Source: Haplodiscus bocki (lineage: Eukaryota). Taken from it: DNA of 64,000 bases. This document shows positions 1-12,300 of the stretch, piece after piece. The stretch is taken from positions 45,384,001 to 45,448,000 of the forward strand of contig OZ296657.1 in assembly GCA_965655095.1 (NCBI GenBank), read 5' to 3'. Under the pieces are notes generated by a model. That model saw nothing but the letters and a program-made list of their open reading frames with translations. It ran no database searches and was not told the DNA's origin. Positions within the stretch are counted from its first letter, which is position 1, and the number at the start of each line of letters is the position of its first letter. The position numbers and the translations under genes were made by a program.

Positions 1-624
1 ATTAGTAGAACATGTTTTTCTCTTAGCGAAATTGAGGAGAGGAAAATACTGTCAAAAAATGGCAATACTGAAAACAAAGATAAAACGCTAAGTGCAAAAA
101 TTATGGTTTAAGAAGCAAATGTCTCAGTTGAAAACGCCGAAGGTCTTGAAGATAGCGATTAGCAAAAAAAGTCGACAAAATTTTAACTACCTCTGAAAAA
201 AGAACAATGAAAAACACAGGATCCTCTGGTGAACATTTTACCAAAACAAAATTATTCACGAAAAAAAGAAAAGGTCAAGTTAAGAGGTTTCGACAAATGA
301 AAGCCGGAAAAACTATAGCTATTAACAATATTTTGCATAATAGCGGTCTCTTTTTGAAATTCAACCCACTAGTTCTACCCGGTTAGAATTGCTTCGTTTT
401 TTTTGCTGCCCCATATGCTCGCTCTGGAAAGGAGTGATTTTTGCAAATTGACTGCACGTTTGGCTTGTCAAGTGTTTTTTCAGCAGAATTGAAAGTAGTC
501 AACTTGAGAAATCACAACTCACTAAAAGATGCGGCTGAAAATCACGAGAGCTCAAAAGAATCAATCTCCTTTCTACTCTGAACAAAATTCAAAGAGGATA
601 ACATGGAAAAAACAAAGCGGAGAA

Positions 625-1071
625 TGTTAACAAGTTAACAGCGAAGAAACGGAAAATAGATGTATGCAAACAAATAAAGCTTGTTTTTATTAGAGTGCGC
701 TCGCCACACGAGTCACTCGAAATGACGTACCGATGCATTCACCGTTCGTCGCATAGCACGTGCGGGTTGGACTCTCCGATTGAGGGCGAATCAGAAAATG
801 GATTTCTCATACTTTTGTATTATACCAAAGCTCACTGACTGTCTCTACCTCTCTCCTGTGACAGTTATTTAATTCTCTATGTCAACATTGACGTAAAATC
901 AGGCGATTTTTGTGTTATTTGCTGGCACTCTGTTTTATTCTGTCAATGCGTAAAACACTTAAGTTTGACTTACCTCTTGGGTGTCACTGCTTTTCCCTAA
1001 AAACATAAATGATTTATATCTTCAAAGAAAGAAAACATCTTTCATTTTAGGCCTTTTTCCCTTTCTCTACA
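625..1071 (+). repeat. 5' LTR of BEL/Pao element
   Basis: TG...CA termini. Aligns by eye with 5552-6000 (e.g. tgtcaatgcgtaaaacacttaagtttgacttacctcttgg vs tgtcaatacgtaaaatgcttatgtttgtgttacctcttgg). PBS-like TGGCACCGAAC at 1084. Confidence 0.65.
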
Positions 1072-4000
1072 CTGAAGCCTGTTTGGCACCGAACAACGGA
1101 CCAACCAATGGACGCACTCGAAGGACGCACAGTGTCGGGCGGTAACCCGATCCCATTGGTCCGACGGTTACATTCACCGGAACCAATGGATCTGGCTTTG
1201 AAAAGCTAGAAAGACATTTTCTGAATGTAAAAACGAGGTTTCGCGTTCATGAAAGTCCAATTAGCCAAACTGTATGAAGGAAGCATGTTAAACTTCATTC
1301 AATTTTATCCTCGCTAAAATTTTCTGCTTTCCCAAAACCAAAAAATGTTAGCGGATTCCTTTATTTTTTGTTTAGAAAATTTGTAGAAGTATGTTTAATC
1401 AGAAGACAAAAGGAAACCACAAGTCGCATTTACTTTGTTTTTTGGCCTAAGTGAGTTTGTTTCCGTCAGATACTCGAAAATTTTTAATAGTTTTTTTCTT
1501 AGGAGGTACTTTGTTCATTCATGCGGTAGATACTCTGTGAAAAACAACTCAAAGTTGTATCGAAGACTGTGTTTTTAGTGTACTTTCGTTCAGTTTTTGC
1601 CGGAACTCAAAATACGAAAGACAAAAATCCATCATTGATGACTGTTGGGACATAACATATAGCGATAAGACACCGCCTCTGTGCCAAGAACTCTCAAATG
1701 TATTTTCTCAGGATAAGGAATGGGGTAAAATTTTGGTGTATAAGCTTGGGCGAGGTTTCACAGACATCCTCACTTCAGGGATTCGAAAGAACTCCCACGG
1801 ACTTCGAATGCAAAAGGTTTTGGTAGCTAAACAAAAACTCCATGATTGACGTCTGCAAAAAATATTCCAGGAACCATCAGGAGCCTTCTTTGGTGCCCAA
1901 AATGTTGTTCTGTGAGTGGAAACGGCATACTGAAAACTTGGTGAGCGAAGCTGGCCGACAAAAAAAATTGACAACCGGCATCGTTGCGCTCTGCGAAAAC
2001 GCTAAGTAGCTTTTAAGGTGTCTGGTCGTGACTGAGATTAGTTTTTGGTTGAAAATGGGCGATGAGCACAGGTTGCTTCGACGGATCTTTCTAGTTCTCC
2101 AACTGCGCAAGGACTCAGGTTTAACTTTTGCTAGGTTCTTTCTTTTTAATTTAGTGGATGTTCATATTCCATGGCTCTTTTGTGTCTATCATCCAGTTTT
2201 CAATTCCTCTGACCGCTGTGTGTTAACCGGTGGCCCAGGTTCACTGCCGGGCTCTAGGTGAGGCGCGATAGCGTATCAGTGATCATATTAGTTTTCTTAC
2301 CAATTGCTTCTCCAAGCATGTCTGTTGTAACCATTTTGCACATTTGACACTTTTTCGTCACACGAACTTACTCTAGTTCTTTCTGGCTGCAAATACTTTT
2401 TGGTTCTGTCCCTTGTAACAAAGATTGCTGGGGTGTGTGCCAAAGTGACGAAATCGGTTCAAGCATGAGAGGGGCTGGGAGTCAAATTGCACAGAGTCCA
2501 ACGATAGACTGAAGGTTCAATCAACAGAAAAAACCATCGGGTCCAACCTGACCTGTCCATTATTGCTTTTGAGTTTTTCGACCTCAGCCACATCAAAGAT
2601 TTGAACCTCTACAATTTAGGAGAAAAATTGAAGAGCCCGATTTTATGAAAAAATAACTCCCGATTTAGTAGAATCAATGCGCTGCCAAAACGATTAATTC
2701 AAGGGCGAATGTCGACTCAGTGGTTGATTGCAAGAGAAGAAGCAGAAGTCATCGAGGAGATAATGCAATCAAAGAAAAAAGCTCAGTGGTAAGCAGGAAA
2801 TTGAGAGACAGAGAGAGAAATTTCAATTTCGATCACCACCATGTGGAAGACCGGACTGGAAATGGATTGTTATTACAGTGGCTGAAAATCAACTGTTTGG
2901 TGAAACTGTTCAAACGATAGAAGAGGCTGAACACAGTCCTGACCAAGTGCAAGTTCTGGCCCAGGGTTATTTGCAGGTAAATCGGATGTCTGTTATTGGG
3001 TTTCGTCCGGGCTTCAGTTGGCATATGGCAAATCTTTCCAAAAATTCAGCACAAGTATACATAAACAACTCCAAGTCCTGATTCTGTCAATTCTACCGTC
3101 ATCTACGGGTCTCAGCAAACACTTTTTGGCTTCTCCAGAGCTTTGAGTAGCCTTTTGAACCCTGTTCCAGCACCAAAAATATAGGAGAACTTGGAAATAC
3201 CACTGTTTAGGCGTCACAATTGGGTGAATCTATCTGAAACAAACACTCTGGATAACCAACCAAGCACTTTAGTTCGCCACAAGACCCAAAATTTTTGACT
3301 TGACAGCCCCGGTGAAAGCGAGGTTATTTGAGAAACTTGCTGTTGCTGCGAAATACGTTTGCAGTTTTTTTAACATCGTGTGATCGGACACTTCAGCCTT
3401 GTACCTTCGCTCACCAGCAAGCTGTACCTTCGCTTTGAGCCTTGTACCGTGCTTAGATAAACTTATTAACTCCTGAAAACTTAACAACATTGACCTTCTC
3501 TGCATATCGCCAGCAGTCACCCGTGATAGACTAGGCGCTCGTGTAGCTCAATAATTCAAAACTAGAACCATGCAATCTGACTAACTGTTATCTGAGTGAA
3601 TTGAATAGAACCTCTGGACCTACAAGCAGTTGAAGTGAAGTTTTCTGAGTTAGATAGGATTGCGTCTGACCTCTAAAATCTGACACCCTTTTCAAAACAC
3701 AGCATCAGTTACCTGCATGTGAAAACTTCTCTGCTTGCAATTTGTTTGCATAGCGAATTTTTCCAAGACTTTACCTTTGCGGTCAATCAGAATTTTGTTT
3801 GGGCTGACAACATTACTTTTTTTACAGTAGTTGATTTCAGCCTTTTCATAACCCATTTCTGTTGCAAGAATATTTTTCAGATTCGCGAGTGCACCAATTG
3901 AATCATCTCACTATGAGTGAGATCCCAGCTGTCGCTGGCGCAAGAGACATTCAAGTCGAAAACTGGTCACGAAGACACAAAGGAGCTTACAATCTTTGTT

Positions 4001-4329
4001 GAAAACAGTGGCCACTTCAGGCCAACAAAACCGTTTCCCGTACTTTTAAAAACAATACACGCACAAAGTGGATTTCAGTACAGATTGCACAAAACAAGGA
4101 ACCCCTATGGTCGCAATACTGCAATTTCGCTCATCGAATGGTTTCTAATGTGTCAAAAATCAAAGCAGACCGAGCACTCGAATGCAAATAAATAGACTTT
4201 TTAGAACTGCGTCAATTTATCTGAGATCACTTTGAGCTCTCAGAGGATGAGCTCATTTAATATACTAAGTCCAAACTGATTCATTTGTCTGAAGGGAGAA
4301 ATGCGTTTTGGCCGACAAATTGGTTCCAT

Positions 4330-5480
4330 CCGTGCATATTCATTGTTTGTATACCAGGTGATCTTTGCAATCAAGAGGTTTTTTGAGTCGCCTAAACAAC
4401 CTAATTGTCAATACGAAACATCCAAGAACTCTGGATGTTTGGCAGCGTATTGTGGCTTCGACGTTCCGAGGACTGTCGCATGAAGAACATATCCATAAAG
4501 TTTTGATTTTCTTTCATGCAAAAACTCAACAAAAATTTGCAGTCCTAAAACTTAGGCATGCTCTCCGCCACTGGAAAAAAAATTGTTTTGTCTGTCGGAA
4601 GAGGAAAACGGAAACGTCATCACCGGTGATGGTTAACTTTCCAATAAAACGCCTTCTTTTGAGATTTCACCTGTCACATTGACTGGTGTCCACTATTCTG
4701 TCATCTTCTCGTCGCTGTGCAGCGCTCCAACAGACATTTTTTGGTGGTTTTATGTTAACCTATTTTACGAGTCGTTCTGATCATCCTGAAAAAGTTACAT
4801 ATCTAGACACTTACTTTTGTGTAAGATGTATGCCGCGTTTTATCGCACAAGGAGACACGTAAATCTTCGTTCTTCGTTTGGTCTGATATTTGCACTACTT
4901 TTGCTGTTGTCGAAACTGAATAGCTTGAAAGCTTCCGGAAGCTTCGTGGATCGAACAAACATACGAACTACTTGTTTATAGAAGCATAATTTGGAATGGG
5001 TACCCATCATCAGGGAGGGTCATTGGAACGATTAATTGGCAGCTGCAAGTATCTTTTCCTATTCACTTCTAGATAACTAAGGGTTACCTCTCAGCACTGT
5101 CTTCTGTTTAATCGAGCAAACGCTGGGTGCTCCCGTGGCCAAGGAATGAGGTGAAATGCTAAAGACCTTGATACGTTAATGCCGGACCATTTCCTGCTGT
5201 GTTGAGCTAGCTCAAAGGTCGTTACTTCAACGACTTCGGCGCGAGCGGTTCACTTCAACCCAGGCCGATTCCGGCGTCACATGGTCACGTTAGTTGATAG
5301 AATACGATCCTCTGCTGAGTCTTTGAATTGGATGGGCATTTGACGCCCTGGCTAGGTGTTAATTTCGGATGATCTAGTACGGATTAAAGATACCAAAAGT
5401 CTCAGGGGATTATCCGGCTCCCAAAAGTGTTTACTTGATTTATTGGGAGAGCTCGCCTTTCCACAAATTTCTTTCCTTAA
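4330..5480 (+). pseudogene. BEL/Pao integrase remnant
   Basis: H..H..CFVCRKRK..PVMVNFPIKRL zinc-binding region (ORF 4365-4682), then TGVHYS (TGVDYFGP-like), WSDICTTF, GGSLERLIGSCK and LMPDHFLL in broken frames. Confidence 0.8.
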
Positions 5481-5551
5481 CCCAAACATTATAATTAAAC
5501 TTTAGTTGGAACAGCTCCTGTGTTTGAGCCGAATTATTTCAGGACGTGGGA

Positions 5552-6000
5552 TGTTAACTGTTTGTTAACCAATAACAGATTGCAAACACTTGTATGCACA
5601 CAATGAAAGCATTTTTTGATTGAGTCGAAATGGCGGAGGAGTGGCTACATCTGCGCTAGGTGCACAGTACGCGCGGGTTCGACAACCTGATCGAAAGCTT
5701 TTCGGAAAACGGATTTTTCCTGCCTTTTCGTTACCCCAATACTCATTGTGAGTGTTTTTGTCCTTTGACTTTCGATTTGCTTTAATTAATTCTGTTTGTC
5801 AATACTGAAATTTTTGTCAGCCGCAAGTTGTTTTGTTTTCCCAAAACTTCTGCTAGGACTTTCTATTTTGTGTCAATACGTAAAATGCTTATGTTTGTGT
5901 TACCTCTTGGAAGTTACTGCTTTTTGTTGAAAGCCTAAAAGAGTTATTTTTAAAAATAAGATGTACAATTTTCAAATTGGACCCATTTCATCTCTCCTTA
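5552..6000 (+). repeat. 3' LTR of BEL/Pao element
   Basis: Preceded by purine-rich aggacgtggga, starts TGTTAAC, homologous to 625-1071. 3' end approximate. Confidence 0.65.
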
Positions 6001-7093
6001 AGTAGCTGTGACAGACAACTGTCTATTTGAAAAAAGAATTAGATATTGTAAATGAACAATCTGCTAAAGAATTTAGTAGGGTCACTGATTGATATACAAC
6101 ATGATACATTGTTATGTTAAAACCGACTTCGCCTTAGCCGTATTGTTCTATTTAATGCTCCTTGTTTGACATACACTTCTAGTATATTTTACGAAAACAA
6201 AAACCTAATACCCGGAGTAAAACAGAATTGAACGGGAGAAAGAACTTTTCCAACACGTAAGTTGAAAGTTGATTAGATTTAATTTATTACAACAATTCAA
6301 ATTTGTTTGTGCTGGGTTGAAAACGGCCCTTGGGATACGCGCGGTCCTCGAGAACCTTAAGCCCTAGAATCCGGGCTCAAGTCTCCTCGGGCCGTACTCA
6401 GCCAAGCACAAACTTACACTTTTGGATACTTCGATCATTTTTTGCCAGAACCAAAATTTGATAGAAGCGTGGCTTGGCTCTTCAGTGTAAATACCAATTT
6501 ACGCAACCCACGGTTGTTAACAGAAACTCTTAAATAAGTGGTAGGTTTCTTTCTTCATTTCTTTATTTCGTTGGCGCCAAAAATTCCAATTACCACACTG
6601 TTGAAAAGTCGTGTATTTTTGACGACAGAGGCGCGAAATAATTTATTCAACCTTCCGCCCAAATGTGATTTAATGAAGTTAGGCAGTGGTCCTCAAAGGC
6701 GATGTCGCAAACACACAGAGCCTCTTCCTTCCATGGAAATTGCTTCCAAGGGGTTAAAACTTTCACACCTTCTCTCCGGGAATAGATGAGTTGAGACGTG
6801 AATAAATGCGGCTCTACCTCTCATCATTTCTGCAACTGCAGGGAAGCCCCACCCTTTTTCTGTTGTGTTTACTTTATAACCCATCTCCCTGTATTGTGAA
6901 GAACTCAATAACTGCATTATCTACGCTACTTGTTATTACTTAATAACTGGATTTTGATATCAGTCTTTTCACGTGCGCATTTTTCCCTTTCTCCTTTGCG
7001 TACAGTAAAGTCTTGATCCCACGAGAATTCGTCATTCCAAACTTCCCACTTTTCCAATTTCCCATTTTACCACCCCTGTCTCCTCTTATCTTT

Positions 7094-7293
7094 NNNNNNN
7101 NNNNNNNNNNNNNNNNNNNNNNNNNNNNNNNNNNNNNNNNNNNNNNNNNNNNNNNNNNNNNNNNNNNNNNNNNNNNNNNNNNNNNNNNNNNNNNNNNNNN
7201 NNNNNNNNNNNNNNNNNNNNNNNNNNNNNNNNNNNNNNNNNNNNNNNNNNNNNNNNNNNNNNNNNNNNNNNNNNNNNNNNNNNNNNNNNNNNN
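7094..7293. other. Assembly gap (200 N)
   Basis: Run of N. Confidence 1.
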
Positions 7294-9399
7294 AATTTTT
7301 TCGCAGTAATTTAATCTCCATCGCACAAAAGCAACACATTGCAGTGTTGTCCACTACTTAACGTTCTTAACAAAGTAAACAGCAATCACAAAACTGTACT
7401 TTTGTTGAGTATGAAGCAGAAGATAAGGACTGCTTGCACTCAAGTTACTGCTTGCTTTATATTTTACAACTTGCTGAAAAAACCGGTTTCAAAATAGCAG
7501 TAATCAAACTACTGTATCGTATATTCTGAATATAGAAACAAGCTTGAAGGAACAGAAGGAAACTAAACAATGTGGAATAACCTACATAAATAAACTGCAA
7601 GGTAAGGCCAGATCTCATTATATAATCAATCAAATCAATTAAAACACAACCACTATCAACCAAGGAAGGCAAACAGCTTCTGGATGAAGTATCAGCTAGT
7701 AGGTTTGAGGATCCTTCAATAGGCCAAGTGTTGCCCTCTAATATATATGGCTCTCCGTATAATCTGGTTTTACAGAAGGAAGATTACAAACAAAATCAAT
7801 AATGTATCGAAGCTCCAAAAAATTAACCGAAAACTGCTCATCAGGACTTTCCTTAAAAAACTAATAAGCACTAGAGCCAGAAATAAAAACAAAAAACCTG
7901 AAAGTAAATGAATTGAGAAAAAAATTGTTTTTGTTGACCGGGATAATGACGGTCTTCGTAAACAGTGAATTATTCACAGACAAATGAACAAATTGTTGTC
8001 TTTTCTTTGAAACGATCTTTTTCTTCAATAAAATGTCGAAACGAAATTACGGGATCAATCGAAGAAATACTGATTGAAGCACTAAACTTTACACGGAATC
8101 ATAGGTAATCTTTTACAGAGCATCGAAATTCTTGCATTGAAGCTGAAAAGGGGAAAAGTTGTATTAAAAGCGGAAAAAAACTTGATGCATCAATGCTGAA
8201 GCAAGGTAACTGATACCGTGCAAACTGTGTTTTATCTGTTATATACCAAAGGGTTTTTTGATATTTTTAATAACAAGGAACAAACAAGGAGGCCTATTTA
8301 ACGTTCAAGATTGATTTTTTTTGTGAAACAAGGAGACTTTATTAGAACTTCATTTAGTCAGAAAGTATGCCTGAGTCAAAAGTTACTTCACCACAAAAAA
8401 AATAAAAACCTGAAGAGACCTTGATGGTAAAGATGTAGTTGAAATGCGCTACCGAAAGTATTTACCAGACTTTGATTTAAAAAAGTTCTTATGTTATTAT
8501 GGTGGTAAATGCACCAGTTACTATGTATCTCTGTTACTGCTAACAAGATCCTGCTAGGAACATTTTGGAATTTAAAAGGTGTTAAGCCTTTCGAACAGTT
8601 TTTTCAACAATATCATTTGCTTTCCGAGGTACTATTCAGGACAAGTAATGAGATATAAAAGCGGTGAGATGACTATTTATCAGACTGAGAAAATGTTTAC
8701 CATGTCATCAATTTGCACTCCTGTAGACCTAATTTCACCTGGTTACGGCGTTAATTTCGTGCCGGTGGTAACAAGTTGGTTGCACCCTTTTACTTTCTGT
8801 TAAACAGTTCTGTGTGTAGTACAGAAGAAAAACATTGCTTAAAGGAACACACTTTGTCCACCAAAGATCTTTATGAATTTTGAAAATTGTAATGGAACAC
8901 TCTCGAAGAAAATCGAACAGATTAGAACTACACCAAGAGAAATACTGGTGCTTATGATAAGCAAAATCCGAAAGTCATGCTGGAGGACTACTCAAAATCT
9001 TTTTTGGTACTACAACTTTCAGTAATACTAAAATAAAAATATTAATTAAAATGATCAGTTTAATGTCCCGCATTTATCAAATAAAGTCTAATTTTTTCTA
9101 GGCTTCCACTGGCCTTGTTCCACTTCTTCCTAATTGTCAATACACTCTCACTAAGGACTATTTATGATTTAGGGAGTCGTATTAATCGACCAAATCGTGA
9201 AACATGGTCGCTTAGTACGATGGCAATAGTGAATAGTTCACAATTTCAGAGAAATCTCTACCCCAAGTGAAAATGGTTATAAGTCACTGCTAATAGGTGA
9301 AATTTTATGGCTATTTTAAATGTTGACCAGTGACCACTTCCGGCGCGTTTAGATCATTACGTCGGCCGATAAATTACTCGACATGCGAATAGTGATTTA

Positions 9400-12300
9400 C
9401 GCCCGAGGAATGTTGATTACCTCTTGTTGTTAGTCAACAAGCCAGTAGATTTTAGTGATGCTCAATAGTTATGCAAAGAGACTGCTTTGAAAATTACGAA
9501 AACTTCTTGGAAAGTATTGACATCATCAAGTACATTGTACAATGTGAGCACATGCATAGGCCCTTTAAAAGCAAAAAACTTTCAAACAATTCATCACATT
9601 GTTTGCGTGTTTCAGGTGGTTTGTGTTTGAACAAGAAAGCGAAATAGAAACCCAAAAATTGTTTACAAAGTTCAAAAATCACTATGTAAATCGTGTTCTT
9701 TGCACATTTGCATTAAAAACTTGAGACTAAACATCCTGAAAACAATTATAAAAGAAATTCATTTGTATTATATAATCTGTGTGCGAGTAAAAAAACAGAT
9801 GGAATTACAAAATATTGAAGGCCTCATAAAAGCAACAAAGATAACGCAAAGTCAAATATAAAGAAAATTTAAATTGTAGAATCATTGCTGTGTGTTAGTT
9901 CCATCTTCTTCAAGAATCTTTCTAAGGGTTGAAGTACCTTCCTCTTCGTTTAGTCTGTTCATTTGTTCATAAACTGAAGCGTTAGGAACCTTCGTCCGAA
10001 AAGTTTTCTTGATCGGAATAAAATTCATGCATTAACCAAAATTCTGCCATGTTTTTCAAGATATCCAAAATTGGTTTTTTCTAGTCTTCGATAATTATGA
10101 CCTTCGCTTCCGAAATTCAAATTGTCAGGGGCAATACTCTATTAGCAGTCAGAGAAACTACAAAACAGCACACAGATGTTTTGAACAACTCAAGTCTTCT
10201 TCGAAGAGACGCGGTTCCCTCTTGTCAAGTTTTTTTGTGACTTAGGCAACAAATTCGCCGGGAAAAATGTCCTGATGCATACACATTGAAAATGTTGCCA
10301 GGGTCACTAAATGGCATTTTTTCACCTGATTTCATTTCAACTCGAATACAATCGGTCAAGTCTTTTATGACAAGAGTAGAGTACAAAGAATCTGGATCCA
10401 ATTCCGTCCCTCGAATAGTTTGATATCACAAAACTAATCGCAAAAATGTAATAGAGCTCCAATATCAGTAGTTTTGCATTTTGAAGCACAATTTACCCAT
10501 CAAAAACAGAACTCAATTTCTGCATTTGCAAATTCCCTTTTGCACAAAAAAGGTTCAAGGAACCAAGTTTTTTGAAAAAATTTTCTGTTTGAAGCACATT
10601 GCGTTTTTTAAACCTTCAAGCACTTGAAAACCTTGTTACTGTAAGTTTCCTGCGATCCATTAGTTGATAACCAAAGGAACGTTTCGCCAGCAGCTGCATT
10701 CTGTAATCGATGACGCTAAGTTTTCATTCTCCTCACTTTTTCTTCTTGAAGCTACAGCTGATTGTGGAAAAAGTTGTTGAAGCTTTTCCTCGGAGTGTTC
10801 TCAACAAAGTAGTGAAACCTTGTATTAAAAAAACCTGAATCCAAAAAAACTAAAAGCAACTCTGTAATGCGTGTTCCATTTTGTGAGTCGAAGTTTAAAA
10901 AACGTTTTCTGAGGTTGAGACATAAAACACTCTTCTTGTGCATAACCTCTCATCAGTGTTGAGGCATCCTGGCGACCTTTTGAAAAACTTTGAATAAATG
11001 GAAGTCATTTGTAAAACTTTTTTTTCAAAAACTTGGGAACCATTATGTCGCAATGAACATAACCGGAAGTTTTCCCGCTTTTTATGTCCTCCTGGGTTTG
11101 ATTTACTGCAAACGGATGTTTGAATTTTTACCGGATATGTTCTTCAACACAACTTTCCATTTTGTACAATTTGCGCAGTTTGCGCCTTTCCCAATACTCC
11201 AATTCACCCCATAAGAAACTTTTATCTTTCTTATATGTCTTCGTTTCACCTCATCAAGATCTTTTAGTTTATCATCACGCCGGAGACCTTCTGCAGTGAA
11301 AAAGGGGCGTAAGTCCTGATAGGGGCAAACTCGATCAAGCATACTAAAACATCGATTCAATGTAGCCATGAGAACAGCTTCCATCAACACTCAAGCAGTG
11401 TTTTTTCAATCTACTTGTGGTATAGAAACCTTCAACTTTATAATAACGTCTCTTGATATGAACATTCAACATGAACATGTACCATGTTGTCCAGGATTCG
11501 AGTTTGTTCTAGAGCGCTGGGATTCCAGTGGTGTCCATATAAAATCCCAACGCGAGTTGGGTTCTGTGGTCTAGGTTGAGATTTCGACTACGGATGAAGT
11601 TGACAAGCATCAATGCTAACAATTGTTCTGCAGAAACATAATGAATTCCTGGTTGAAAAACTTTTCATCGACTGCTATAGGTGCGAACTTAATACACGGT
11701 CCACTCTATCACCTTGTTCTCCTTGATTTTTTGCAACAGGTTCCTTCCCCTTCAGTTAACGGATAGAAGTTTGCATCGGTAGGTTTATGTAAACCAAAAC
11801 ACGTTTTTTTGGGACCTCAAAAGTGGGAACAACGATTTTTTTAGTATGCCAACGCAAAACGTAGTTGAAAATGTGATCTGTTGCTGCTTACATATATCTT
11901 GCAGGTTTGGATATTTCTCAATTCCTGTAGCTGGTGGAATTGATAGCTGAATTTTTGAGAAAAACTGGCCCCGTTGTCATTTCATATCGCACTGAAATGA
12001 CATTTTTGGTGTCTCCTGCTTCACAAAAAGCTACCTTCTTCACTCTAAAACTCTAAAACGAGTCGGAATAGGTAAGTCATGTGTTTTAACTATTGCTCAA
12101 TGGATCGAAGCATTCGTAGGGGAAGCGTCTTTTTGTTTCTGAAGTCCTGCATTTTTTCGAGATGTAATACAGACACGTTAATAGACCAGCAGATAAAACT
12201 AAATCCGAGAAGTCATCGTTACCAGACTTGAACATGGGATTTGGATTGGCTTTTTCATTGTTGCATTATCTCTTTTGTTGATGAAGATCAACAACAACTA

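Larger units (their letters stand above)
625..6000 (+). mobile_element. Degenerate BEL/Pao LTR retrotransposon
   Basis: Diverged direct terminal repeats that both start TGTTAAC (625, 5552). Internal frames give Pao-type pol remnants (EDRTGNGLLLQW about 2845) and a Pao integrase. Many stops and frameshifts. Confidence 0.75.

Noticed and set aside
1240-2420. Possible nested insertion in the BEL/Pao gag region
   Set aside because: No termini, TSD or protein motif could be identified.
6305-6413. Hammerhead ribozyme
   Set aside because: No CUGANGA plus GAAA core in the right arrangement on either strand.
6940-7354. ORFs spanning N runs (also 58914-59462)
   Set aside because: Artefacts of assembly gaps.
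7457-9000. Coding-looking stretches on both strands
   Set aside because: No motif recognised; frequent stops.
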